Shown here piece by piece: positions 24,369 to 40,876 of a stretch of DNA of 47,197 bases (positions within the stretch are counted from its first letter, which is position 1; each line of letters opens with the position of its first letter). Made by a program: the position numbers and the translations under genes. Origin of the DNA: Octopus bimaculoides (taxonomy: Eukaryota). The stretch lies in assembly GCF_001194135.2 (NCBI RefSeq), contig NC_068987.1:62459529-62506725 (forward strand), given 5' to 3'. The notes under the pieces are model-generated. The model was not told the DNA's origin. It saw only the letters and a list, made by a program, of their open reading frames with translations, and did not search any database.

Positions 24369-24435
24369 GCAGTAGTACCAATAATTGTCGGAGCCCTGGG
24401 AACAGTGAGCAAAAATCTCGAGAAGTACGTGCATT
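24292..24435 (+). mobile_element. (TAC)n(TAA)n microsatellite followed by a short R4/Dong RLE fragment
   Basis: AVVPIIVGALGTVSKNLEKYV begins directly after the (TAA)n array; a minus-strand SINE head follows at ~24436-24475. Confidence 0.75.
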
Positions 24436-24619
24436 TCGTCCAGCGTGCTAACGATACTGTCAGCTCGCCGCCTTTTTAATGATAAAAATAAAGATGATAA
24501 TAATAATAATGTTAAAATCAGGAGATATGAGAGCTGAATACCGACTTATCATTTCCAAATGATTTTCATATGATTACAGCCATTTCAAATGATTATAGCA
24601 ATATGCATATTTAGCATTA

Positions 24620-25779
24620 TAGAATCCATTTGTATATTACATAAAAAACAAATGTATAACAAGGAAAGCTAACACATCTAATCATCTCAGAACCAAACCA
24701 GGCAATATATCTTTCCAGTATGCGTTTCAGGTGGATCTTTTGATATCATGAATTGCTATTAGAATTATCTTCCCACACTGAAGAATATTACATTTTTCCT
24801 ACCCCTGAAGCAGTAAGTTAGCATTCTTTCATAGCACCCAGTAACATTTTAATTGAATGTTTAGCATAATCTGTCGTAAAATTACAAATTATTCCTAAGA
24901 TAAGTGGTGTAGCATGTGAGGGTTATGAACACAACTTCAACATTACGCTGTTTTAATCGCACGGATGTGCCAGTGCATTATCAATTAGCTATAAAATTTT
25001 GAATACTTTATTATCATTATTTTTTTTTCTGTATAAATTTCAACTTCAAGAACAAAGTTTCGATTAAGCCCCTATTCGAATACTGTGGCAGTCATCCAAG
25101 AATTTTTGTTCACACACCAACACACTTGAAGGGTATTTTTAATCAGTCCAATCATCCTATGGGGATTAAGAGCCCCATTAATTAATAATATTTTCATGAA
25201 ACAATCGCCTAATGCATTAAAGCATAAGCATTACAGCATAATGATAATGTGATTCAAATTTTAGATACTTAAAAACCTCAACTCATCGTTTTCTGCTCTT
25301 AGATAAAAGTTCTCTTTGGTATTCTCTTCCAGAATAGGCCCGTTTCATCAGCTTTAAATATTTGTTTTAAAGAACAGGAACATTTTTCATTTATTTTAGC
25401 TAATTGTTGCACAAATTCTTCGTCAGCTTTCTCTTATTATTTTGAATCACTTTCACATTGCAATTTGATATTACGTAAAAAGCTTAGATTTAGGATCATT
25501 GTTAAGTATCAATTACTGACAAAATAACAGGAAATATTTTCACTTTTTATATAATGTTAATATCTATACGTTACATATGGTGTATGATTACAAATTAATT
25601 CAGACTCTACTGGCTTTGATATTTTCTTCGTATCTTTTGATTGTTCTAAGAGTTACTTCGTGTACATTAAACAGTTCCGCAGTTTCTGTGGAACTCTTTC
25701 TATGTTGAAGTCGGTTTGATATTTAAATTTTCATTTCAAGAGAAATCGACACACTTGTTCGTTTTTTTTGGTTTGACAT
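24620..25779 (-). pseudogene. Decayed Tigger (TIGD1-like) transposase
   Basis: MSNQKKRTSVSISLEMKI (psq-type HTH), QIFKADETGLFWKRIPKRTFI, NKNSWMTATVFE and IDNALAHP; many stops. Confidence 0.88.
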
Positions 25780-26014
25780 TTGGAGCTCTATTCTTCAATA
25801 TAGAAAATATTTTAAATGATTCTAACCGATGCATTACTGCAGAGTATGAATTAGCTCGCTAGCGAGCAAGCGAAATGAAAGGAAGATTGAAAGAAAATGA
25901 AAATGACGGAATGGTGTTTCTGTATACTTGAATGTACAAAATGTTTTTACCAATATTAAAACCATGCTGAGTACCGTACCAACCGAAGGCCAAATGTATG
26001 TATATGTGTATACA

Positions 26015-26089
<75 letters not shown>

Positions 26090-26955
26090 NNNNNNNNNNN
26101 NNNNNNNNNNNNNNNNNNNNNNNNNNNNNNNNNNNNNNNNNNNNNNNNNNNNNNNNNNNNNNNNNNNNNNNNNNNNNNNNNNNNNNNNNNNNNNNNNNNN
26201 NNNNNNNNNNNNNNNNNNNNNNNNNNNNNNNNNNNNNNNNNNNNNNNNNNNNNNNNNNNNNNNNNNNNNNNNNNNNNNNNNNNNNNNNNNNNNNNNNNNN
26301 NNNNNNNNNNNNNNNNNNNNNNNNNNNNNNNNNNNNNNNNNNNNNNNNNNNNNNNNNNNNNNNNNNNNNNNNNNNNNNNNNNNNNNNNNNNNNNNNNNNN
26401 NNNNNNNNNNNNNNNNNNNNNNNNNNNNNNNNNNNNNNNNNNNNNNNNNNNNNNNNNNNNNNNNNNNNNNNNNNNNNNNNNNNNNNNNNNNNNNNNNNNN
26501 NNNNNNNNNNNNNNNNNNNNNNNNNNNNNNNNNNNNNNNNNNNNNNNNNNNNNNNNNNNNNNNNNNNNNNNNNNNNNNNNNNNNNNNNNNNNNNNNNNNN
26601 NNNNNNNNNNNNNNNNNNNNNNNNNNNNNNNNNNNNNNNNNNNNNNNNNNNNNNNNNNNNNNNNNNNNNNNNNNNNCATTATTGTATTATTTGAGGTCTA
26701 CTGAGTGAGCCAAGAGAAGAGACAGATATTATTTCCTATTATGGAACAGCATAGCTTCGAGACGTCACGTTTCGAAAAAGAAAAAGGCTATCTTGGCTGA
26801 TGAATAACCTTAAAAAACCCAGGTGAAGCTTCCTTTGACCTGCTTGCGGCTTGCACAATTGAAATAATCAGTCCCACGGCTTGAGTCTAGCTCGGAATTG
26901 ACTATACGAGACTCATATTTCTGATCAACAAGATTCATTCTTTTTGTTTTAGTAG

Positions 26956-26992
<37 letters not shown>

Positions 26993-28195
26993 ACCTCTGA
27001 AATTATAATCTGTATGTACAACGTCTTCCTCTTGTCCTGACTTGTTATCTTCAGAAAGCAGTTGCTCTCTCTCTCCCTCTCTCTTTCTTTCTTCCTCTCT
27101 CTCTCTTTCTCTCTCTCTTTGTTTCTTTCTCTTTCTTTCTTTCCCCCCTCTCTCTCTCTCTCTCTCTCACAGAGTAGATACGGGGCCTCAGGGCAGTGTG
27201 ACATAGGATGATGAATTAGGGGAAATCTAGATACATAACAGTAGATGCATTCCTAGAGTTTCGAAGAGTCCACCATGCAGAAGTAGGTATTGCTTGCATC
27301 TTCAGTGAATTTTAGCCAAATTTTTGAGATACCTAACTTCATAGATCTCCTTGTGACTTCGTATCATCTTGCAAAACAGCAACATAAAATTATTTTAGGA
27401 AAAAATTATCTCACTCTTTGCTAATATATGAGGCTCTGGCAACATAAATTACAACTCATATATTTCCCCTATAACAGTGAAGATTTAAAAAAAACTTAAA
27501 TTTTAAAACTTCTAGCATTTTTTATAATATAAATTTCCATTATTTCAGCAAGAAAATATTGTACATCTTAAATTCTATAATTATTTTGCAGTTTTGCAAA
27601 TTGTCTTGAAACCCGATAGGTATGCTGAAATGGATCCTGAAGGCCTCACAAATTTTAGCAGATGCTACCAGAGTATACTGTTTTGCTTTTGATAAATTAG
27701 CAAAATGACTGCAGTTTCTTGGCGTTATCTCGGTTACATGTAGATAAGTTTATTTATATTCGTCAAAAATAGACCCTGTTCTTAAAAATTCTTGAAATTT
27801 CGAGAGTTTTCTGTCAGCAATCAGTACCTAACTATCTGGCACGTTCTAAAAAAACGTGGTTCACATCCTTTATGATCACACCCACCCTTTCACAATATGT
27901 CAGAACACCATTCACTACCCATCACCTTTGCTAAGATTATCTGACTCGAAAAGTGCTTTCCATATATCACTCATGTAAAACTGAAATCTTTTTAGTCTCT
28001 CTGTATTAGTACACACATATTTATTTAGAGTATATTTATAGTTGAAATTTTAAAAATTTAATAGCAATAGGAAATGTTGATGGATTTAAATCTTGAAATA
28101 ATATAGTCATTTTTATCTATTACTACAAAATTATTTCACAGACTAAAAAATACATTAAAAATCCAAATAAAAATCCATTAAAAATGTACTTCATT

Positions 28196-29800
28196 CTAAT
28201 AAGAAACCCGTTGTTTTTTCACTGCCATTTCTGAAACATATGAAGAAGTGTTTGAAAGGACATAATACAAGTCACTTTCAAACTTTAATCTACTTCGTCT
28301 TAATTTGAAGCAAAGCTGAAGGTCTTGACTGGCAAAGATAGGATGATACAAAAGAAAGGTATCCACAGATAGCTCTTTCTGCTAATATTAGGGAGGAATC
28401 GCACGTCAAGGACTAAAATTCCGTGGTTGATTTCTCGCAAAATATATCACTAACTCCCGAATCAGTCTCTAACCCCAGGAATTCATCTTCACAGTCATCA
28501 GGATTTCTTTTAACTGACAATTTAAATGGATTTCGCATTAAATCCAACTCATTATCATATAGTTCTGGAAAATATCAACTGAGTTCCTTCCGCACTGCTG
28601 TCGAACGCTCCATAATTTCATTTTCTGCAAATTCACTACCAGAATTGATGACAGTTTCTCAAATATTGTAATATTAATATTCACTTTTCCCTTCCAGTTC
28701 CCCAGTTTGCATATAAAAGCTTTGAAGGGGTTCATGAATTTTATGCTGTTTGTATTCCTTCCTTGCATTTGAATATTCAGTTTATTGAATCATTCAAACA
28801 TGATAACCAAACAGGCATGACGCATTATCCAGTCCTCATCATTCAACCATCTTATCCTGAACTTCAAAAACTAATTTGAGGTCATCCTTGAACTCAAGAA
28901 CTCAGGTACATTTCCTTTTGAAAGCCATTCAACATTTGTATGAAAAAGTAGATCGATGGATTGCACCTATGTCAGTGCAATACTTGAAAATTGATGAAAT
29001 AAGAGCTCTTCCTTTGAGAATCTTTTTAATCCAAAAGCTTTTCAAGGGGAGCTGACAGCTATTGTAAGGCTAGTGCCTGGTGATAGATCATACACTGAGT
29101 GCTTTACATTTTTGGCTTTTGCTTTGTTCATACCATCTTGATATCTGGATAGTTCTCTATATTTTATGATGTTTGTATTCCTTCCTTGCATTTGAATATT
29201 CAGTTTATTGAATCACTCAAACATGATAACCAAACAGGCATGGCGCATTATCAAGTCCTTATCATTCAACCATCTTATCCTGAACATATATTTTCCCACA
29301 AAATATTTTCAATTGAAAGAAAGGGGACATTTTTTCAACTTATTTGGAGAATTGGTAGTTGTTTCGTGCGGAGAACAAAAGAGAAACGCATCTTTAGATA
29401 AACTAAATTCAGGAAATACACCATATCTTGTAAACATCAGCATCTGGGAACACGTTGCCATAGCAGTCAATTCATCAACTTATATAAAAAAATAAGTCAA
29501 AATAAGTCATGTTGATGGTTATGTCATTCATAATTTTTTTTTAACAGTACTAATCAATTGTGAAACAAGCTTTTCTCTCATTCATTTCACAATACAATTT
29601 TCACCGTTTTATGTGCACAAGGTTTGATCAAGGTTTTCCAAATATATGTGGGTTAGAGGTTCCAATTCTATGTAGGGAAGGGGTTCTGCTTGGCTATCGT
29701 CATTTGCTAAACTATAAGAAGCTTTAGTGGTATTTTGCTCCTTTCTTCTGATGTCCTTATTAAATCTATCTTCATTTATAGAGCATTCCCCTGATGTTGA
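28196..29800 (-). pseudogene. Decayed hAT transposase, Charlie/Buster (ZBED5/FAM200-like) type
   Basis: Traces KASYSLA, LIKPCA, VDELTAMATCSQMLMFTRY, FLFCSPHETTT, CMIYHQAL, FHTNVEWLSKGNV, FNKLNIQMQGRNTN, RNPF and SYLCQSRPSALLQIKTK; ends KQRVSY* at 28196. Confidence 0.9.
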
Positions 29801-30469
29801 AAACAACATTTGTTCTTGTTATTGTATTAAGGAGGAGCATTCTGCAAAGTATCCTTCAAATCTGTTGGGCTCTGTAATGGGGGCCCCTTCTCTTAAGAAA
29901 AATAGTGCAATATCCAAAAATATCTGAAATATATTGCTCTCTGTATAAGAATGTTGAGGCGCAAAGAGGCTGAAAGCGATATGATCGAATGAAGTCCGTC
30001 TTGTTCTGTGGTATTTTAATGCTGACCATTCTATATTGCCTTGACGTTGGAACTCTGTAAATAATTTACTTTGAACCATATGGTTAAAAGCCCCAGTAGT
30101 GCACATTCAGATAGGCCGTTAGTTTGTGGTCACAGTTCTCCTACCTTACGGGAAACCTGAAATTGTATCTCATGCGGGGAATTCCACCCGGTTGAGAATC
30201 AGAGTTCTAGAAAATGGGTTAATTTCAAAATATCACTTCGCAGTTATCAAAAAATGTTTGAGAATACTTACTATTCCCTATACATTTTAGCCTGCGGCAA
30301 TAAGAAAATAACGCTGCCCTAAAACAAAAGTTGGGCATTTTGATACACAGGGCAAAGTATATACATGCATACATATAAATGGATACATACTATGAATACA
30401 TGCACAACATACATACAAGAATCTTAAAGTCTGTGGATTTTAATCACACCAAAACTATTAGAATAAGTA

Positions 30470-30583
30470 GATAGAATAAGTACTAGGCTTACAAAGAATA
30501 AGTCCCGGGGTCGATTTGCTCGACTAAAGGTGGTGCTCCAGCATGGCCGCAGTCAAATGACTGAAGCAAGTAAAAAAGAAAAG
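30470..30583 (+). mobile_element. 5'-truncated SINE tail
   Basis: gatagaataagtactaggcttacaaagaataagtcc...gcagtcaaatgactgaagcaagtaaaa. Confidence 0.9.
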
Positions 30584-30804
30584 ATAGATAGATGTAACAT
30601 CCAAGGATCGAGGTGTAGGAAGAAAGTGAGCTTCAAGCAATCCGTGGAAAATATATAAACAACTTTCAGGAACAATAGTGGATTATTGGGGCAGAAGTTG
30701 TTAATTTTTCTCCTATCAAAATATGATATATATATATATATATATATAGGGAGAGAGAGAGGGAGAGAGAGAGAGAGAGAGAAAGAAAGAAAGTTATATA
30801 ACTC

Positions 30805-31018
30805 TTTTACTCTTTTACTTGTTTCAGTCATTTGACTGTGGCTATGCTGGAGCACCGCCTTTTAGTCGAGCAAATCGACCCCCAGGACTTATTCTTTGTA
30901 GGCCTAGTACTTATTCTATCGGTCTCTTTTGCAGAACCGCTAAGTTACGGTGACGTAAACACACCAGCATCGGTTGTCAAGCGATGTTTGGGGGACAAAC
31001 ACAGACACACAAACATAC

Positions 31019-31057
<39 letters not shown>

Positions 31058-31278
31058 NNNNNNNNNNNNNNNNNNNNNNNNNNNNNNNNNNATATATATA
31101 TATATACATATATACGACGGGCTTCTTTCAGTTTCCGTCTACCAAATCCACTCACAAAGCTTTGGTCGCCCCGAAGGCTATAGTAGAAGACACCTGCCCA
31201 AGGTGCCACGCAGTGGGACTGAACCCGGAAGCATGTGGTTGGTAAGCAAGCTACTTACCACACAGCCACTCCTACGCC
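30805..31278 (-). mobile_element. Full-length tRNA-derived SINE with internal (TA)/(TG) expansion and gap
   Basis: Head aggagtggctgtgtggtaagtagcttgc with B box gggttcagtccc, body, internal microsatellite, and tail ending gaaacaagtaaaagag. Confidence 0.92.
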
Positions 31279-31281
31279 TAT

Positions 31282-31384
31282 AAAGGCAAAGTCATCCTCA
31301 GCGGAATTTGAACTGAGAACGTAAAAACAGACTTAATGCCAAGTAGCATCTTGCTCAGTGTGCTAACGATTCTGCCAACTCGTC
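31282..31384 (-). mobile_element. SINE 5' part
   Basis: gacgagttggcagaatcgttagcac...gttctcagttcaaattccgctgaggatgactttgcc. Confidence 0.75.
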
Positions 31385-32323
31385 AGAATATAATTATAAT
31401 TTAGGGCACAGAAGTTACCATGCCTATATGCTAGAAAGAAACGCCAATAACGTCCAACCACTTCTGTGCCCTTAATTTTAATTGTATTCCTTAGAATTAT
31501 ATAACCCTACGTATTAATTTTACTTAAAAGGTTAATATATGCTGGTCACTGATAAAATTCATTAATTTTAATGATGATTTTATCCCTTAAATACGTTTAT
31601 ATATATATATATAGAGAGAGAGGGGGGGTGAGAAAGTGAGTGAGAGAGAGAGAGTGAGAGAGAGAGAGTGAGAGAGAGAGAGTGAGAGAGAGAGAGTGAG
31701 AGAGAGAGAGATCTGAAAAGTAAATAGATACCAATATTTTTGAAAGATACGTTCCTCCTTCTTTGGCTATTTTCTGGAAGAAGATTCCCTCTAGCTGCTC
31801 TGCTATAGCAGGCAACTTAATGGAGAGTCCTCACAAAATCATTTGGAGTTGTGCAATCTTACGCAGGCTAAGACCCTCAGACTGACCCACAATACGCCCT
31901 CTAAAAATCAGACAAGTTTTTTTGCATCTGGTATTATATAATGCGTGTGTTTGAGTGTTTCTATGTATGTGTATGTGTGTGTGCGTGCTTGTGTAAGTGT
32001 ATGTAAAACGAACTGGAGACATCGCTTATTTTTTCCCATGGAAAAACAACTTAATACGTGATAAACAAACTTAGACTCAGTTTTATGTTGTCAAAAGAGA
32101 CGCCAAATCACCGCACACAGAGAAACAATTTGAGATTCATGTTATAATTTAGTACATTTGACAGAGGAGATAGACAGAGTCAAATAATTAAAAGGAGAGT
32201 ACAGTCTCGTGAATGCTGTGAAAATAAGATGAAAATTACGGAGAAAATTTTGTACTGTAGACACTGTTTTCACACATCTAAAGTTTATAATGACCTCCGA
32301 TGAGGCAATTATATCAGAAGTAT

Positions 32324-32545
32324 AAGGCGGCGATCTGGTAGAATTTTTAGCAGGCCGGGCGAAATGCTTAGAGGTATTTCGCTGGTCGCTACGTTCTGTG
32401 TTCAAACTCAGATGAGGTCGACTTAGCTTTTCATCCTTTCGGGTTCGATGAATTAAGTACCAGTTACCCGTTGCGTACTGGGGTAGATCTAATCGACTGG
32501 CCCCCTCCCACCAAATTTCGGGCCCAGTGCCTATAGAAGTAAGGG
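32324..32545 (+). mobile_element. tRNA-derived SINE
   Basis: aaggcggcgatctggtagaat...gttcaaactc..gaggtcgacttagcttttcatcctttcgg..taagtaccagtt...ctggggtagatctaatcgac. Confidence 0.88.
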
Positions 32546-32639
32546 CTATATCAAGAGTATGCTTTTTCTTTACTTTCTTCTCTGAGCATACTACAAGAGT
32601 AATGTAGGTCTCAACAACAAGGAGAGTAGCTGTTGGGCT

Positions 32640-35740
<3,101 letters not shown>

Positions 35741-36718
35741 AGAACTGCAAATTATTTTGTTTTTCTATCTTTTTTGGTATTTCATTTTTAATTCGATTTT
35801 TCGTGTTATTAGTCTACTTTTTTTTCTTTTTTAAAATGAAAGACGAGAAAGTCTATGGATGGGAGTAATGACAGAGAGAGAGAGGAGGAGAGAGGGAGCG
35901 AAGGGGAGGAGGGAGACAAGAAGAGAGCGGTGGAGCATGAAACAATAGTTGGTCGGTGTAGCAACGGAGGAAGTGAACGAAAGAATGCTTAGTGGATAAA
36001 CGCAAGTTGCTTGTTGCTCTTTGTTTTTTTTGCATCTTCTACCACATCTCTTTTATATGATCGGTTATATCAGTTGTATAATTTTGTCAATAATACTTGT
36101 GGAAGCGATTCCCTGCTATTTTGCTTGCAAGTGAGCTTCAAGTGGAGAGATGACGGTATAGTGTTCGCATCGGAGCGTTTGCTTTCTTCAATTATACGCC
36201 ATCGTTGGTTCATATTGATTTAATTATATACGTTGACGATATCGTGGTACTTGGTTTGATTTTCATTGACTGAACTTTCTTTCTGTACTTGTTTTTTTTC
36301 TTTTCTTTTCTTTATTAGTATTACTTTTTTCAAGTATTGCTTTATTAACTTAAGAACATCAAAATATCATTTTGTGAGAGAGAAAAAAGTGAAAATTAAA
36401 GGAATAGGAAAGATAGCGCAAAACGTATAGAGTGAATTGGAATAGTTCAACTGTGAAACTAAGCAAAAAAACACAGAGAAAAATAACAAACAATTCTTTA
36501 ACTATCACAACTTCCAGCAACAGCGTCTATATATGGGTGCAGCAGTTACGATAAACAGTATCACCAACTTCAGCGCCAGTTCTGTACTTTTTACAGTAAA
36601 TTATTTGCGATAAATCAACAGGTAAATGAACATATCTTTATCGACTTTATTTCTTTATCGTTTGTTTTAGCAATATCAACATATAGACATTTGTATAAAA
36701 CCTATCGTTCATTTAATA

Positions 36719-36749
<31 letters not shown>

Positions 36750-36986
36750 NNNNNNNNNNNNNNNNNNNNNNNNNNNNNNNNNNNNNNNNNNNNNNNNNNN
36801 NNNNNNNNNNNNNNNNNNNNNNNNNNNNNNNNNNNNNNNNNNNNNNNNNNNNNNNNNNNNNNNNNNNNNNNNNNNNNNNNNNNNNNNNNNNNNNNNNNNN
36901 NNNATATATATACAAAGATATATATACATATGTATATATATATATATTTATCTTTGTATATATATATGTATATCTATCTATCTATC

Positions 36987-37019
<33 letters not shown>

Positions 37020-37485
37020 ATATGTATGTATGCATACATACACAGATACATGCATGCGTGTATGCATGCATGCATGCATACATACATACATACATACATA
37101 CATACATACATACATACATACATACACATACATACATACAAAAACATTTATATATTATATTATATTATGTTTTATTACTTTTTACACGGAAAATGTCGAC
37201 ATTGACTTCGAAATTTCAGACAGTCTAATGATGTCGAACAAGCCAAAGCTTCGAAGTTACTGTAAAACTTTTCCTTGCGAAAATAATTAATATGTACTGA
37301 CTGTACTAAAAAGTGTAATGTTAAATTATTTTTTATATATAACTTCACGTAAAAACAAACATGAATTTTCGCGTGTGATTGCGTGTATGTATGCATATAT
37401 GTGCGTGCGTTTGCATGCGTGCATTTATCTCTTCTTGTATTAGTTTTGACTTTCCATGCCATCGCATTATTCAAGTTTTAACGAA

Positions 37486-37530
<45 letters not shown>

Positions 37531-37863
37531 CATCGATCTATCGATCTATCTATCTCTCCCTATATATNNNNNNNNNNNNNNNNNNNNNNNNNNNNNNNNN
37601 NNNNNNNNNNNNNNNNNNNNNNNNNNNNNNNNNNNNNNNNNNNNNNNNNNNNNNNNNNNNNNNNNNNNNNNNNNNNNNNNNNNNNNNNNNNNNNNNNNNN
37701 NNNNNNNNNNNNNNNNNNNNNNNNNNNNNNNNNNNNNNNNNNNNNNNNNNNNNNNNNNNNNNNNNNNNNNNNNNNNNNNNNNNNNNNNNNNNNNNNNNNN
37801 NNNNNNNNNNNNNNNNNNNNNNNNNNNNNNNNNNNNNNNNNNNNNNNNNNNNNNNNNNNNNNN

Positions 37864-37910
<47 letters not shown>

Positions 37911-39147
37911 TAGATAGATAGATAGATAGATAGCTAGATAGATAGATAGATAGATAGATGCGCGCGCATGTGTGTGAGTGTATGTGTGTGCGTGCGTGTG
38001 TGTGTCTCTGTGTATAATTATCAATATATAATTACTCATTTATTGTCGTTTTTTAAAAATTAATATCAATTCCCCCTTGCTATTGATACATCACTTCTAG
38101 CCTCTTTAAATCTACTTATAGATAATGTACAGACAATTTCTCGTTATTTTACCTTTCAGCAATCGTATACGATTAAAAATGTAAACATATCAATGGTTTC
38201 GTCACTTTACCCAGTAATAATCTTGTTTTCAATCATTTCTCAGCGTTTATCTTTGATTCTCCCATAGTTTATTGGACTTTGTTATTCTAATACGCTCTCC
38301 TCCAGGTAAGAGCCTGTCACATTAAAAAGGAAAAAAAAAAAAAGATACACAATGTCTACAATAAAGATAGGATGGTTGCAGCTAGAATGCTGTTGACCGA
38401 AGGTCTGATCAAATGCAGTTGATCTACAGCTCTAAAACACCAATAAATAGTTTCCATGTTCAATGTAAATGCTTCTGTCCGTGAAGGGATCTTTCGAGCA
38501 TCTCGTCTCGCTATACACTACTTATTCAACGTATTATATATGTTTAAAACATTTAACTCCACATGCCTCCACCATGAATGACTTAAGTGTAAGCAATAAA
38601 ACAGTAAAGGCAATGGAAATATGCCTTTTTGCCTATAAAATTTTATTCTTTGTTGCTCAATCTTGATCGACCAGAAATATGATCAACGCCACTTCCGTTT
38701 CTTTTTTCTGCCTATCTAGGATTAACATATTTTATGTTACCTTCCATTTTTAAGAAGGTAGAACGCGATTTAGAAGTGATTTGATTGCAATGACTTGCAA
38801 TTCGAGTGACCACATACTTGTCTCTTCTCTATTTAGTCGTCATGGTGATGCTCTGTACTATCCTTACTGATATGTGTGTGTATATATATATATATATATA
38901 TNNNNNNNNNNNNNNNNNNNNNNNNNNNNNNNNNNNNNNNNNNNNNNNNNNNNNNNNNNNNNNNNNNNNNNNNNNNNNNNNNNNNNNNNNNNNNNNNNNN
39001 NNNNNNNNNNNNNNNNNNNNNNNNNNNNNNNNNNNNNNNNNNNNNNNNNNNNNNNNNNNNNNNNNNNNNNNNNNNNNNNNNNNNNNNNNNNNNNNNNNNN
39101 NNNNNNNNNNNNNATATACATACATACATATTTGCGCGCGTGTGTGT

Positions 39148-39466
39148 GTGAAGGCGCATGGCTCTGTGGTTAGAGCGTCGAGCTTACGATCGTGATGCTG
39201 TAAGTTCAAATTCCGGACCGGGCTGCGTGTTGTGTTCTTCACGTTGCTCCAGTTGACTCAGCTGTAGAAATGAGTTGCGCCGTCACAGGTGCCAAGCAGT
39301 ATCGTCTTTTGCCTTTCTTTTGGATAACACTGGTGGCGTGGAGAGGGGAGGCCGGTATGCATGAGCGACTGCTGGTCTTCCATAAAACAACCTTGCCCGG
39401 ACTTGTGCCTGGGAGAATAACTTTCTAGGTGCAATCCCATGGTTAGTCATGACCGAAGGCGGTTTC
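39148..39466 (+). mobile_element. tRNA-derived SINE (head as at 1638, different 3' module)
   Basis: gtgaaggcgcatggctctgtggttagagc, B box aagttcaaattcc, core ttgctccagttgactcagctg, then a distinct GC-richer tail ending at (CAAA)n. Confidence 0.85.
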
Positions 39467-40011
39467 AACAAACAAACAAACATACATACATACATGCTTG
39501 CATGCACATATACATGCATGCATGCATGCATGCACACATACATACGTACATACATACATACATACATACATACATGCATACATAGGTTCTAGTTTCACAC
39601 ACTAATTTTGAAAATTCTGAAATTGTGAACCCGGTTACATAACTATAAATAGATAAATTGTCTTAAGTCTCCAAGTGCATTTTTCAAACGTGTATGTGTG
39701 AGTGTGTGCAGGGGTGGGGAGAAAGAGAGGGAGAGAGAGATTTAGAAGATATTCAATAATGTCCATAAATCCAAATATTTTCTTTCGTTTCTAAAAACTA
39801 TTTCTACCAAGTCTTTCTACAGGTCGTAACACGCAGTGTCGACTTTGTTCACTCGCCTTACTAAAACTTTAAACCTGCTGCTTACGAAGTTACGAAGAAG
39901 CATTTCTTAATAATAATATAATCATTGTAATACAATCTGTCATCGTAAAGAATGCTGTGGGCTAAAGAAAAAAAAAACAAGAATATAGCGTCAGTTCCCT
40001 TTCAACCATAC

Positions 40012-40165
40012 CACTAAAAGTTCCCATTCTAAAATCGGTAGTAAACACTGGAAGTTCACTAGAATCAGTTTCACAAAACTGTACGCCCTGTCGACCTAAA
40101 TATTTGCTGACTTGGGTACCAATGTAACAAGTGGAAATAATCTTAGAGGTAGGAGTAAATATAAA
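40012..40165 (-). other. Candidate 154-nt internal exon, unconfirmed
   Basis: ttctacag acceptor and G|gtatgg donor; stop-free frame FIFTPTSKIISTCYIGTQVSKYLGRQGVQFCETDSSELPVFTTDFRMGTFS. No family recognised and no partner exon found. Confidence 0.2.
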
Positions 40166-40274
40166 CTGTAGAACGTCTAACTGTAATGTCTTACAGTATT
40201 TTGATATTTTTAAATTCTGATCTCAAAAACTGAAGAAATAACAATAATAACAGTAACATTTAAACTCACTCTCG

Positions 40275-40330
<56 letters not shown>

Positions 40331-40487
40331 TTCCTACATACTTGGCTTTGTGTTGCACCCCAACCACAAGAAATATCACCATCTAATATTCTGAAATCAA
40401 ATCCCATTGAGAATGACCGTACTTTTGATCTCTCGTTATATTAATAATACACTGGATTAATTCAATTGTCTTTACACTGTTCCTACA

Positions 40488-40876
40488 TTGTTGTTGTTGG
40501 CACTCCGTCGCTTACGACGTCAAGGGTTCCAGTTGATCCGATCCACGGAAGAGCCTGCTCGTGAAATTAACGTGCAAGTGGCTGAGAACTCCACAGACAC
40601 GCATACCCTTCACGTAGTTCTCGGAGATATTCAGCGTGACACAGTGTGACAAGGCTGACCCTTTGAATTACAGGCACAACAGAAACAGGAAGTAAGAGTG
40701 AGGGAAAGTTGTGGTGAAAGAGTACAGCAGGGTTCGCCACCATCCCCTGCCGGAGCCTCGTGGAGCTTTAAGTGTTTTCGCTCAATAAACACTCACAACG
40801 CCCGGTCTGGAAATCGAAACCGCGATCCTATGACCGCGAGTCCGCTGCCCTAACCACTGGGCCATTGCGCCTCCAC
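40488..40876 (-). mobile_element. Full-length tRNA-derived SINE with (AAC)n tail
   Basis: A box tggcccagtgg, B box ggtttcgatttcc; the 3' ~190 nt is homologous to 1785-1965. Confidence 0.9.

Noticed and set aside
26797-26830. CTGATGA...GGTGAAG
   Set aside because: GAAA core absent and stems inconsistent. The CTGATGA at 20223 likewise lacks a GAAA partner, and the one near 46870 is explained as possible DD codons.
29819-30106. 95-aa minus ORF upstream of the hAT relic
   Set aside because: No motif recognised; most likely decayed hAT 5' sequence read in an arbitrary frame.
38244-38305. Strong acceptor and CAG|gtaaga donor enclosing 62 nt
   Set aside because: Stops in all three frames; could only be a UTR or non-coding exon, which cannot be shown from sequence.
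40800-40876. tRNA-like sequences here and at other SINE heads
   Set aside because: A and B boxes are present but there is no complete cloverleaf, and each continues into a SINE body.
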